Below, piece after piece: positions 44,174-56,600 of a stretch of DNA of 64,000 nucleotides. The stretch's first letter is position 1. Every line of letters begins with the position of its first letter. The stretch covers positions 114,328,001 to 114,392,000 of the forward strand of contig OZ024744.1 of assembly GCA_964016885.1 (NCBI GenBank), read 5' to 3'. The notes under the pieces are model-generated. The model was not told where the DNA came from. It ran no database searches and saw only the letters and a program-made list of their open reading frames with translations. A program made the position numbers and the translations under genes. The stretch comes from Eledone cirrhosa (taxonomy: Eukaryota).

Positions 44174-44413
44174 TTAACCCCTTTCTCAACCTGTCTTTTT
44201 TTTTATGAAATACACTCTATTTTAATTAATTAATGAAGAATTTTGAGGGATTTACTAAAATTATTATTTCATTACTAAGATAGTAACTTAACACTTATAT
44301 AAAATTATGTTGGAAGATTTTCATTGAATAGGAAGCAACCCTTTAAAATGGGTTAGGGTTAGGGTTTCATAGAACAAGAGCTGGTTTTTGTAGGGTTGGT
44401 ATCAAAAGAGTTT
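44174..44413. mobile_element. Possible decayed TTAA-type MITE
   Basis: Ends ttaacccccttt..caacctg / gggttggtatcaaaagagttta are loosely complementary; AT-rich non-coding interior. Confidence 0.35.
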
Positions 44414-44914
44414 ATGTAAATAGAAGCGTTCACTGTGAAAAGAATGAAATGTGAAAACTCTTTCTATTACTCACATTCTATACAAAAAAACATAAGAGAT
44501 TATGTTTATGCATTTCAGAGATTGTTATCTCCTCATCAATGAATGATTATCCCTATGATTCTATGTGCCACGCAATATTCTACAGCATTGCTATATAGAA
44601 CATGCAGGATATAACTTAAATCTTCAGCCTAATTTGCATGGCATGCATTCATTTGGTGAAGTAATTAGTTAAATAAAAAATATCTATGCAGAACAAGATT
44701 TACGATATATTTACTATATGAAAAATAAAACTTCTGTATCCCTAAGAATATATACATGGTGTTTTGTTTTATTTTTATTTTTCCAGTTACGTTAAGTGGT
44801 AGAGGTCAGTAAAGGTGACTCATGTTGACTACACATGGTATCTAACTGTGGAAAATAAACGTATAAATAAATTGTACATCCACTAGACGTTACACACACA
44901 TACTTATATATATA

Positions 44915-44980
<66 letters not shown>

Positions 44981-45031
44981 ATATTAAATAAATGGAAACT
45001 ATATTTATAAAACCATATTTATTTTATTATA

Positions 45032-46348
45032 TACTAGCAGTGGTACTCGGCGTTGCACGGGATAAGGTATTTTGGAACGCGGGTAGCCAACAGACCTAAT
45101 TGTGGAAAAACTGCATGCCTGGACAATATGTAAAGAAAATAAACCGAATACTCTGATGAAAAATGCAGGTTTTCACCTAATGAGGGCCCTAGGGAATCCA
45201 GAAAATGAATTTTTTTTATGTGCATAATATGCATTGAAATTTCGGGAAAATCGGCTAGACGTAACGCCTCAAAAAAGCCCTAAAAAGCTGAAAAAATGAA
45301 GTTTTTCACCTAATGCGGGCCCTAGGCCATAAAAAGTTGGATTTTCTTTGCCCACGGTATGAAAAAGAGACTGACTAATACATAGTTACAATTTCAAGGA
45401 AATCGGTCTGACGTAACGCCTAAAGAAAAACCCCAAACCTGAAAAAAGCAGTTTTTCACCTAATGCAGGCCCTAGGGGATCAAAAAGTTAAATATTTGTA
45501 TGTGCATAACACTCCCTGAAGCATAAGTAATACACATGTAAAGTTTGTAAAAAGTCGGTTGGGTACTTCTCGAGTTTTAGGGATTCAAACTCACAGACAC
45601 ACACACACAGACAGACATCCTCAGGGAAGTGACGTAATGCAGACAGATATTATAAGGGCGCGATGTTATGTGTATGTATCTATCTAAAAAGAGAAAGACT
45701 AAGAATTATAGAGAGAGATCGCTAAATCGCCTAATGCAGTCCCTAGGGCATTGAAAATTTGAAATTGTTTTTGCTCAGAACACTCCCTGAAACATAAGTA
45801 TTACAAGTGTAAAGTTTGAAAACAGTCGGTTTGGTGCTTCTCGAATTTTAGGGATTCAAACTCACACACAGACAAATCAAATTAAATTAACTGAGTTAAG
45901 AAGAATATTTATATTTATATGATTTAAAATGGGAAGATACGGAAAAAAACTCCGGTTTAATTTATTTATTCGTTAGTGTGAGACTATTTAGTCAAAATAA
46001 GTATAGATGTTGAAAGATACATTTAGCCAGAATCAGTTAGTGGTTATAAATCTATTGAAAAATGTTGAAAAAGTATTGAAAAAATATTGAAAAATTTGAG
46101 TAAATTAAAAAAAATAATAATTTATAAGAGATAAGTAATTTTTAAAGAAATAAAAATTAAAGAAATAAAAATTATTAAAATTAAAATTTAAAAAAAATTA
46201 GAATTATATACGTATATATTTTATGAAACTTTAAGAAGTGGAATTACAGCAAATGTTATAGATATTATGATTTAGAGAAATCAGTTATAAACATTTATTT
46301 GTTGGACTTCCAACAAATTAAATACCCCTTCTACTTATATATATATAT
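45032..46348 (+). mobile_element. Probable non-autonomous Helitron/Helentron-like element with internal subrepeats
   Basis: Starts tactagcag..ctcggcgttgcacggg, typical of such 5' ends; four copies of cctaatg..gccctagg at ~45176, 45309, 45459, 45730; duplicated ..tttagggattcaaactcaca; (CA)/(CAGA) tract. 3' boundary uncertain. Confidence 0.5.
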
Positions 46349-46349
46349 T

Positions 46350-46515
46350 CATCATCATCATTTCATTTTACGTCCGCTTTTCCCTCCTTGCAAGGGTGGG
46401 ACGGGAACTGATTCTGGCTTGATTTCTACAGCTGGATGCCCTTCCTAACACCAACCTTATTTACAGTGAGTGGTGGGTGCTTTTTTGCTGTGACACCTAC
46501 ACGACCACTTTGCAG
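46350..46515 (-). mobile_element. Short SINE-like fragment ending in an RTE-type 3' tail
   Basis: Minus ggttggtgttaggaagggcatccagctgtagaaa, then cccacccttgcaaggagggaaaagcggacgtaaaatg..(GAT)n; related copy at 52697-52960. Confidence 0.6.
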
Positions 46516-46542
46516 TGGAATGATAGGGACCCCAGTCCCTAT

Positions 46543-46689
46543 CATCTCATTTCTACAGCTGAGTAAACTGGAGCAATGTAAAATAAAGTGTCTTGCTCAA
46601 GGAAACAACACACAAACCCGGTCTGAGAATTGAACTCACAACCTTTCGATTGCAAGGCCAATGCTCTAACCACTAAGCCATGTGCCTCC
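46543..46689 (-). mobile_element. tRNA-derived SINE with CORE-like central motif
   Basis: Minus GGAGGCACATGGCTTAGTGGTTAGAGC (A box), GAGTTCAATTC (B box), then ccttgagcaagacactt. Confidence 0.75.
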
Positions 46690-46707
46690 ATATATATATA
46701 TATATAT

Positions 46708-47140
46708 GCTGAACTGTACGGTCGGTACATTGGCGACTGCATCGGGGCCATGACCCTCACCCGAGATCAGCTTGACTCTTTCTTTTCTCTCCTTCTTCTT
46801 CTCCTTCCACCCCCTTCCACTTTACCACCTCTATCTCCACCACCCATGTCCACTTCTTGGACACCTCCGTCGCCATCTAGATACCTCACACCCGTTCACC
46901 ACTTGTTTTCATTTTAATTTTGTTTCCTTCATTTTTATTTTTTTTCCTTTATTTTAATGTCTTTCCACCACTCCCCTCCCCCTCATGCCCTCTCAGAACT
47001 CTTTTCCTCCCTCCCACCTGTCTCCTGATGAAGGGCTTATGCCCGAAACGCCCCCCCCCCCCCCGACTCTGAAGCGTGAATCTAATATCAACACTGTCCG
47101 TAACTGCACTCCTTGTTTTTGTTTTGTTCTTTGCCAATAT
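46708..47140 (+). mobile_element. Second Penelope-like family: RT catalytic fragment joined to a pLTR with hammerhead core
   Basis: ELYGRYIGDCIGA (YIDD mutated), SFHP, FTTSISTTHVHFLDTSVAI across frameshifts; CTGATGA-A-GGGC-TTAT-GCCC-GAAAC at 47025-47049. Confidence 0.75.
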
Positions 47141-47144
47141 ATAT

Positions 47145-49085
47145 CATCATCATCATCATCACCATCATCATCATTTTACGTCCACTTTTCCCTGCTTGCA
47201 AAGGCGGGATGGGCCCTATTCAGCACAGCAACCCTCCACTTGTCACGGTCCTTCGTAATCTCCTCCGTGAGCTTCAGCGATCTGAGGTCTGCTCTCACCA
47301 CCTCCACCCATGTGGTCTACCTCTACTGCGTCTTCCTTCTACTAAGATTTCTTGGCACTTCTTCTCCCATCGGTCATCCTCCATGCGCATCACATGTCCA
47401 TGCCATCTCAGCCTTCTCTCCTGCACACCACAACTTATCCCTCTTAAACACAGTTTCTCTCTCAACACATCCATGCTCAGTCGTTCATGCACATTGACAT
47501 TGCACATCCAACGGAGCATGCTTGCTTCATTTCTCTCCATCTGTCACATATCCTCTGCAGTTGCTACTCATGTCTCACTACCATGCAGCATCACGCACCT
47601 CACACAGGCATCATATAACCGGCCTTTCGTATGCAGGGAGAAACCCTTCTTTGTCAACACAGGAAACAGGTCCCTAAACTTCTTCCAACACGTCCATATT
47701 CTAGATATTATGGCCTCGGAACATCTCCCTCCCATGCTAATTTGGTCACCTAGGTACTGGAAGCTACCAACCACTTCTATAGAACCCACCTGCATTTGAA
47801 AAATGTGTCTATCAATGTGACTTCTACTGTCAAAGATTTCCCTGTACATCTACTGCATACGTAGTTTTCCCTACCTTTGCCTGCTATCCCACTACATCTC
47901 TTGTGTACCCAAGATCTGCATTGTGTACATTTTATAGAATTTATGCCAGTTCCTTTTCTGCATATCGAACAGGGCCATTTCCCTGATGGAATCAGAGTTT
48001 TGTCCTCTTTTCTACTTATCAACACTTTTGTCTTAGCTAGGTTCACTCTCAGTCCTCTTAATTCCAACTGCTGTTTCCCTAGCCAGAATTTATTCTCTAG
48101 CTCCTCTACTGATTCTGCTATAAGAACCAGATCGTCAGCATAGAGAAGTTCCCATGGGCATCCAGTCTTAAACTCCTATGTTATGGCTTGGAGGACTATA
48201 ATGAATAAGAGTGGGCTGAGGACCAAACCCTGATGTACTCCTACTTGTATCTGGAATTCCTCACTAAACTCCATTCCTACCCTCACTTTACTGAGAGCAC
48301 CTCTGTACAAAGCTTGCACTGTCCTCACAAGCCATTCCTCAACAAGTAGTTTCCTTAGGGACCACCAGATGACAGATCGGGGTACCCTATCAAAGGGGTT
48401 CTCTAGGTCAACAAAAGCTAAGTATAGTCGCTTATTCTTTTCTAAGAACCTCTCTTGTACTTGACTCACTAAGAAGAAGGCATCTGTTGTACTTTTTCCC
48501 ATCTCATCTAGTTTGATCCTTTCTCTAATTAGGTATGCTAATATCCTCTCTGCCACTTTCATAACCTGATCCATCAGTTTTATGCCCCTATAATTGCTCC
48601 TCTCCAGAGCATCCCCTTTACCTTTGAGGCAATTTATGAGAATACTGCTGCACCAGTCTTTGGGTATGACACCACCATATATAGCCTGATTGATGATGCA
48701 TGCAACCAGTTAAGTACCTACTTCTCCTGATGCCTTCAGCATCTCAACAACTGTCCCCGACGGTCCAGCTGCCTTCCCATTTTTCATATCCTTAATTGCC
48801 TATTTGACCCTATAGTCGTCAATCTCAATAGCTGGTCCCTCTGTCGGGTCTACTGGGTGTAGTTTCTCTGTCTCCCATTCGTTCTCCACATTCATCAGTC
48901 TCTCATAATGACATTTCCAGGCCTCCTTTTTCTGATCATTTGTGACACTAAGTACACCGGCATCATTCCGGACACATTTATCTCCAACAACATCCTGATT
49001 TGCATTGACACACTGCATTGACCGCCCTGCAATGTGGAACACCACACGTCTTTGATCTTCCCGTTGCAGGACATTGGCAAACCTC
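47145..49085 (-). mobile_element. RTE-clade LINE (RT and 3' end), downstream part of a copy split by an LTR insertion
   Basis: KAAGPSG, AFVDLENPFDRVP, GVHQGLVLSPLLF, ELLYADDLVL, LRVNLAKTKV, PHD-like Cys/His cluster, HGSET, RLRWHGHVMR, (GAT)n tail at 47145-47175. Confidence 0.92.
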
Positions 49086-51133
49086 TGTAGCAAGGGTTGC
49101 CTCCCTTGTTGTGACGAAAACATCACCAATAGAGTAACGCTCTCTAGACAGGAAGTAGCTGGAGTTGCTTCCCGTTGGGGTGGCAGAACCCTTTTTGTCA
49201 CTTCCGTTCCAGCATCTATAAAGGGAATAACTTTCAGCTCCCTATCTCTCATTTGCCTTTTCGGCTTCTGGGCTTCGGCCAGGCGTCTTCGGCCAGGCGT
49301 GTTTGCCTGGCAACCAAACGGTAACTAATAACTTTGCTTCATTCTTTCATCTATTCATTGACATGTCAACTATACTGTTATATATAACCACAAATTGTTA
49401 ATTAAATATTATATACACAAACCACGTCTCCTGTTATATTCATACACACTAGTATTTTGTTATAAGTGGTGACCCCGAAAAAAATAAAAAAAATAACAGA
49501 ATCTGGTGTTGTGTGGGTATGGAAAAAACAAAATTAATTAGCAGTACCTCATTTTTCGACCAACATTACGAATACGCAGCAAATTTTATTAGCAAACTAG
49601 GAAAATACGCAGACACAGAAACGAACACACGCACCAACTAAGTGTCGCATTTCACTGTATGTATATATAGGTTTTTCGTTTCTTCTTACAACGAACACCT
49701 TTTAAAAAAAAAAAGAAATCTGATTTTTTTTTTTTACACATTTCAACGTGAACACTTATTTTCGATGAATCTCAACTATTGCTTAGTCTTTCCGCCAAGT
49801 TTTTTTCATCGTTCACAAAAAATTGAACTCGCCATATTTGTTATACTAAGTGAAGCCTTTCTTTCTTTTTCATCATATTGTCACGTTCACACACACATTT
49901 TTTCAAAATGGCTGCCAACGACCTGTTGCACTATCATTTTCGCGCCATTTTCTCGCGCAATAGAAATTTTTTTTTTTCAACTTAACCTTGTTTTGGCACG
50001 TGTAGGCAGCACAAATCTCAACTCACGGAGATAACCACACGCCAGAGATAACGTTTCTCGCCAAGGATTCTCCAGCCTTAAGCTATATTCTCCTATTTGC
50101 CGGTTTAAATTTGCCGTTGAAAACTGCGCATTTATTCAGAATGCTTATTTCTTTGGTCGCTGGCCTCTTTACCCTTCCAGGTCAACGCATTCTGAACATC
50201 GACCATCAACTTCGGCTTTTATTTCTATCACTTTGCGCAACTCATTTTGTTCTTGAATATTTTTTACTGTGAATTTAAACATCGAATACGCTCACTCCGC
50301 GAGACAACAACATCAACAGCAACACAGCTTCATCAACAACCAAAACCAGTAGAACAAGCCAGAGAATTTATTTTTGCAGCACTCTTCCTGTGGGGAATTC
50401 CCTTCGGAGGTTGGAAATTTCACGTTATACCACAGACCAGAAACCACCTACATTCATTCTTTGGAACACACTTTCTTTCCTGCTGTCATGTGATTGCACA
50501 CATGTGAACTGTATTTTGAACATTTGAACTTTGACCTCTTCTTTTACTTTGATTACATTGTATCTTTGAGTGACGGATAGATAGATGTCCAGTCGTTCTC
50601 TGGCCAAGAGCGGTTGGCTACCTTGATATCTATCATTGATTTTTGCATGCATACATTTTGCTGTTTTCTTTTTATTGCAAACATTATTTTTTTCGTAATT
50701 TTCATGCCTGTTACAACATTATCGCCATCTTACTCCATACATGTTTCATTCGATTTTTATGTTTTAAAAATCTGGCGGGAGATAATGTAGCAAGAGTTGC
50801 CTCCCTTGTTGTGACGAAAACATCACCAATAGAGTAACGCTCTCTAGACAGGAAGTAGCTGGAGTTGCGTCCCGTTGGGGTGGCAGAATCCTTTTTGTCA
50901 CCGTTCCAGCATCTATAAAGGGAATAACTTTCAGCTCCCTATCTCTCATTTGCCTTTTCGGCCAGGCGCGTTCGCCTGGCAACCAAACGGTAACTAATAA
51001 CTTTGCTTCATTCTTTCATCTATTCATTGACATGTCAACTATACTGTTCTATATAACCACAAATTGTTAATTAAATATTATACACACAAACCACGTCTCC
51101 TGTTATATTCATACACACTAGTATTTTGTTATA
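49086..51133 (+). mobile_element. Non-autonomous LTR retrotransposon (TRIM-like, probably Gypsy-dependent), 2048 bp
   Basis: Near-identical direct repeats 49086-49464 and 50786-51133 starting TGTAG; PBS TGGTGACCCCGA after the 5' LTR; purine tract GGCGGGAGATAA before the 3' LTR; CCTC duplicated on both sides; no gag/pol ORF visible. Confidence 0.92.
49467..49478 (+). promoter_or_regulatory. Primer-binding site complementary to a tRNA 3' end (tRNA-Trp type)
   Basis: TGGTGACCCCGA, 2 nt after the LTR; complement of ..UCGGGGUCACCA, the eukaryotic tRNA-Trp 3' end (from established knowledge). Confidence 0.75.
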
Positions 51134-51280
51134 CCTCCTACTCTCACCCTCCCTGCGTGCTAAGTACACCTGACGTCTAGCTTCTCTCTTAGCGGCTGTG
51201 TATCAGTCTCTACTCCCACCATTTTTCCAAGCATTCCATGCTAGTCTTTTGTCTCTAAGGGCCTTACCTACCGTGCTATT
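51134..51280 (-). mobile_element. Upstream part of the split RTE LINE
   Basis: NSTVGKALRDKRLAWNAWKNGGSRD*YTAAKREARRQVYLARREGESRR joins in frame to FANVLQRED at ~49081 once the LTR element and one TSD are removed; collinear with 34807-34980. Confidence 0.88.
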
Positions 51281-51451
51281 AAGAGTGATAGCTCTCCTAG
51301 ACGGGTTGTCTACACTACGGCTTACGGAGCCTCCGTCCGCCCCTTTTCTGTTCTATGCTATATTCATGAGGGAGTGGTTAGCATACAGTGTCACACATGT
51401 ATACCGAATATGGTGGAGATTGGGTGGCTGAGAGGTGAGAACAGAAATGGC

Positions 51452-51928
<477 letters not shown>

Positions 51929-52696
51929 TAATAAAAGATCGGAGGCCATATTCAGTTGATTCAGGTTTATTTAAAACTCCGTTATACATATTTCACTGAA
52001 GACTATCAGTTATAATAACCTGAGCTCTTCAAACAGCAAAAACCTAAAATAAACAGGAGGTTCCTAAGAAACCTTTAAATTTTGAAAAATCCAATAATAT
52101 CCCCCTTTTTATGATACAGGGGCCAGCCGAATGCGTGGTGTTGTTCCCTGTATGGCCTCAAGAATATTGGCAGAAGTGTTGATTAGTTTAGGAAGTAACA
52201 AAAACGGTTGCTGGCCCTTCTCCTGCCCCTCCCTATCAGTAGCTGTTGTAGTAGTAATAGTAACAACAGCTGCTATAATAGTAGTGACATCCCCTTCCAT
52301 ATAGTCCACAGGTCTGCAACAACTGTGAATATTATAACCAATACCAAAATTAACTATATAAGAAATAGATTAAAATACAATAAACAAACTAATTAATTAA
52401 TTAATTAAGAACAAAAGGTTATATTAAAGGGGATAGACATGTGGGAAAGAGAGGATTATAATGAAAAAAAATTATAAAGTAAAGAAATAGCTACCTGTAG
52501 GCCAGATAAAAACCAGAATGGAAAATATGGATGTTGTATAGTTATAGTTTAACTGGTTTGAAATTGTATATATATATATATATACTCTCATGTATATACA
52601 CACACATACATACACACACTTATAGACAGACATACACATGTATATATACACCCACACATGCATACACTTACACATACATACACACAAACACACACA

Positions 52697-52960
52697 CATC
52701 ATCATCATCATCGTTTAACATTCATCTTCCATGCCAGAATGTGTTAGACGGGAGTTGTCCCAATTTGAGGCAAGGTTGGTCGGGTGACCATGTCTCGCTC
52801 ATATAGGACTATCTGGCAGGTTTTCTATGGATGGATGCCCTTCCTAACACCAACCACATTTACAGTGTGGAACTGGGAACTTTTTACCGTGTTACCTACA
52901 CGACCACATTACAGCGTGGTTTGTGAGTATTTTTTTTTTTCGTTGTGACACCTACACGAT
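52697..52960 (-). mobile_element. SINE-like fragment with (GAT)n tail
   Basis: Shares ggatgcccttcctaacaccaacc and cctacacgaccac with 46430-46510; catcatcatcatc tail at 52697. Confidence 0.6.
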
Positions 52961-53122
52961 CTCGATCTCATTATCTCATTTATTTGGACTGGATGTGGTT
53001 GTATCAACTTTACAGAGAGAGGGTGGTGTTGATGGGAGTGAGAGGATAGGGTAGGGGTAGTGGATTGGGGTGTATATTTGGTTAGGAGGTGCCTACTGAC
53101 TGTATACAAAAATACTACTTAC

Positions 53123-53227
53123 AGTTAGATTTTCCAAAGCCGATTTATTGTTGAATTCTAAGAACGTATTCATAACATTCACACGAAACTGTGTGAAGTA
53201 GTCTACATTTGCCGATGCCAAATTAAT
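53123..53227 (-). CDS. Exon 2 of 4 seen: receptor guanylyl cyclase / natriuretic peptide receptor-like ectodomain
   Basis: Acceptor atttcattgtag, 105 bp open, INLASANVDYFTQFRVNVMNTFLEFNNKSALENLT, consensus donor gtaagt. Phase 0-0 fits both neighbours and fills the expected gap in the domain. Missed by the ORF track. Confidence 0.78.
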
Positions 53228-53238
53228 CTACAATGAAA

Positions 53239-53583
53239 TATGGAACACAGCATCAAGATGGAGCACAACATGGAACACAAACATGTAACACAAAATGGAG
53301 CACAAAATGGAGCACAATATGGAGCACAATATGGAGCACAAGATGGAGCACAACATGGAGAATAACATGGAACACAACATGGAACACAACATGGAACACA
53401 ACATGGAGCACAACATGGATCACAATATGGAACTCAACATGGAACACAACATGGAACACAACATAGAGCACAACATGGAGCACAACATGGAAAACAGCAT
53501 GGAACACAACATGGAACACAACATGGAGCACAACATGAAACACAACATGGAACACAACATGGAACGCAACATGGAGTACAACA
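53239..53583. repeat. 12-bp minisatellite ATGGA(A/G)CACAAC, ~28 copies
   Basis: Directly visible. Confidence 0.95.
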
Positions 53584-53656
53584 TCATTTAACTATCTTTC
53601 ATTTTTATTGCTGCATTTCTTTACATCCAAATTAAGTCACATCTGCAATAAGAACA

Positions 53657-56600
53657 GACAACACTGAAACACAAGCCACACAACACTACACAATCACCTC
53701 ATAACACTGAAACACAAGCCACACAACACTACACAATCACCTCACAACACTGAAACACAAGCCACACAACACTACACAATCACCTCACAATACTGAAACA
53801 CAAGCCACACAACACTACACAATCACCTCACAACACTGAAACACAAGCCACACAACACTACACAATCACCTCATAACACTGAAACACAAGCCACACAACA
53901 CTACACAATCACCTCACAACACTGAAACACAAGCCACACGACACTACACAATCACCTCACAACACTGAAACACAAGCCACACAACACTACACAATCACCT
54001 CACAACACTGAAACACAAGCCACACAACACTACACAATCACCTCACAACACTGAAACACAAGCCACAGAACACTACACAATCACCTCATAACACTGAAAC
54101 ACAAGCCACACAACACTACACAATCACCTCACAACACTGAAACACAAGCCACACAACACTACACAATCACCTCACAACACTGAAACACAAGCCACACAAC
54201 ACTACACAATCACCACACAACACTGAAACACAAGCCACACAACACTACACAATCACCTCACAACACTGAAACACAAGCCACACAACACTACACAATCACC
54301 TCACAACACTGAAACACAAGCCACACAACACTACACAATCACCTCACAACACTGAAACACAAGCCACACAATACTACACAATCACCTCACAACACTGAAA
54401 CACAAGCCAAACAACACTACACAATCACCTCACAACACTGAAACACAAGCCACACGACACTACACAATCACCTCACAACACTGAAACACAAGCCACACAA
54501 CACTACACAATCACCTCACAACACTGAAACACAAGCCACACAACACTACACAATCACCTCACAACACTGAAACACAAGCCACACAACACTGAAACACAAG
54601 CCACACAACACTGAAACACAAGCCACACAACACTTAAACACAAGTTATACAACACTACACAATCACCTCACAACACTGAAACACAAGTCACACAACACTA
54701 CACAATCACCTCACAACACTGAAACACAAGCCACACAACACTACACAATCACCTCACAACACTGAAACACAAGCCACACAACACTGAAACACAAGCCACA
54801 CAACACTAGACAATCACCTCACAACACTGAACCACAAACCACACAACACTACACAATCACTTCACAACACTGAAACACAAGCCACACAACACTACACAAT
54901 CACCTCACAACACTGAAACACAAGTTTCACAACACTACACAATCACCTCATAACACTGAAACACAAGCCACACAACACTACACAATCACCTCAAAACACT
55001 GAAACACAAGCCACACAACACTACACGATCACCTCACAATACTGAAACACAAGTTACACAATGCTACACAATCACCTCACAACACTGAAACACAAGCCAC
55101 ACAACACTGAAACACAAGCCCCACAACACTGAAACACAAGCCACACAACACTGAAACACAAGCCACACAACACTACACAATCACCTCACAACACTGAACC
55201 ACAAACCACACAACACTACACGATCACCTCACAACACTGAAACACAAGCCACACAACACTACACAATCACCTCACAACACTGAAACACAAGTTTCACAAC
55301 ACTATACAATCACCTCATAACACTGAAACACAAGCCACACAACACTACACAATCACCTCACAACACTGAAACACAAGCCACACAACACTACACAATCACC
55401 TCACAATACTGAAACACAAGTTACACAATGCTACACAATCACCTCACAACACTGAAACACAAGCCATACAACACTGCACAATCATCTCACAACACTGAAA
55501 CACAAGCCACACAACACTACACAATCATCTCACAACACTGAAACACAAGCCACGCAACACTACACAATCATCTCACAACACTGAAACACAAGTTATACAA
55601 TGCTACACAATCACCTCATAACACTGAAACACAAGCCACACAACACTACACGATCACCTCACAATACTGAAACACAAGCCACACAATGCTACACAATCAT
55701 CTCACAACACTGAAACACAAGCCACACAATGCTACACAATCATCTCACAACACTGAAACACAAGTTTCACAACACTACACAATCACCTCATAACACTGAA
55801 ACACAAGCCACACAACACTACACAATCACCTCACAATACTGAAACACAAGCCACACAATGCTACACAATCATCTCACAACACTGAAACACAAGCCACACA
55901 ATGCTACACAATCATCTCACAACACTGAAACACAAGTTTCACAACACTACACAATCACCTCATAACACTGAAACACAAGCCACACAACACTACACAATCA
56001 CCTCACAACACTGAAACACAAGCCACACAACACTACACAAACACCTCATAACACTGAAACACAAGCCACACAACACTACACAATCACCTCACAACACTGA
56101 AACACAAGTCACACAACGCTACACAATCATCTCACAACTGAAACAAGTTACACAATGCTACACAATCACCTCACAACACTGAAACACAAGCCACACAACA
56201 CTACACAATCACCTCATAACACTGAAACACAAGTCACACAACACTACACAATCACCTCACAACACTGAAACACAAGCCACACAACACTACACAATCACCT
56301 CACAACACTGAAACACAAATTACACAACACTACACAATCACCTCACAACACTAAAACCCAAGCCACACAACACTACACAATCACCTCACAACACTGAAAC
56401 ACAAGCCACACAACGCTACACAATCACCTCACAACACTGAAACACAAGCCACACAACACTACACAATCACCTCACAACACTGAAACACAAGCCACACAAC
56501 ACTACACAATCACCTCATAACACTGAAACACAAGCCACACAACACTACACAATCACCTCACAACACTGAAACACAAGCCACACAACACTACACAATCACC

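Noticed and set aside
44350-44367. gggttagggttagggttt interstitial telomeric repeat
   Set aside because: Only two full TTAGGG units; not significant.
44790-44845. Exon-like segment with a good minus-strand acceptor (ttttccacag)
   Set aside because: Stops occur in all three frames before the candidate donor, and exons 2 and 3 already join in phase.
46610-46689. tRNA gene
   Set aside because: A and B boxes are present but there is no complete cloverleaf, and it continues into a SINE body.
52109-52354. Minus-strand open frame after a tatag acceptor-like site
   Set aside because: Wrong phase for the gene model, low complexity, and no family motif.
53228-53591. MEHN-repeat and related ORFs
   Set aside because: Translations of the 12-bp minisatellite.
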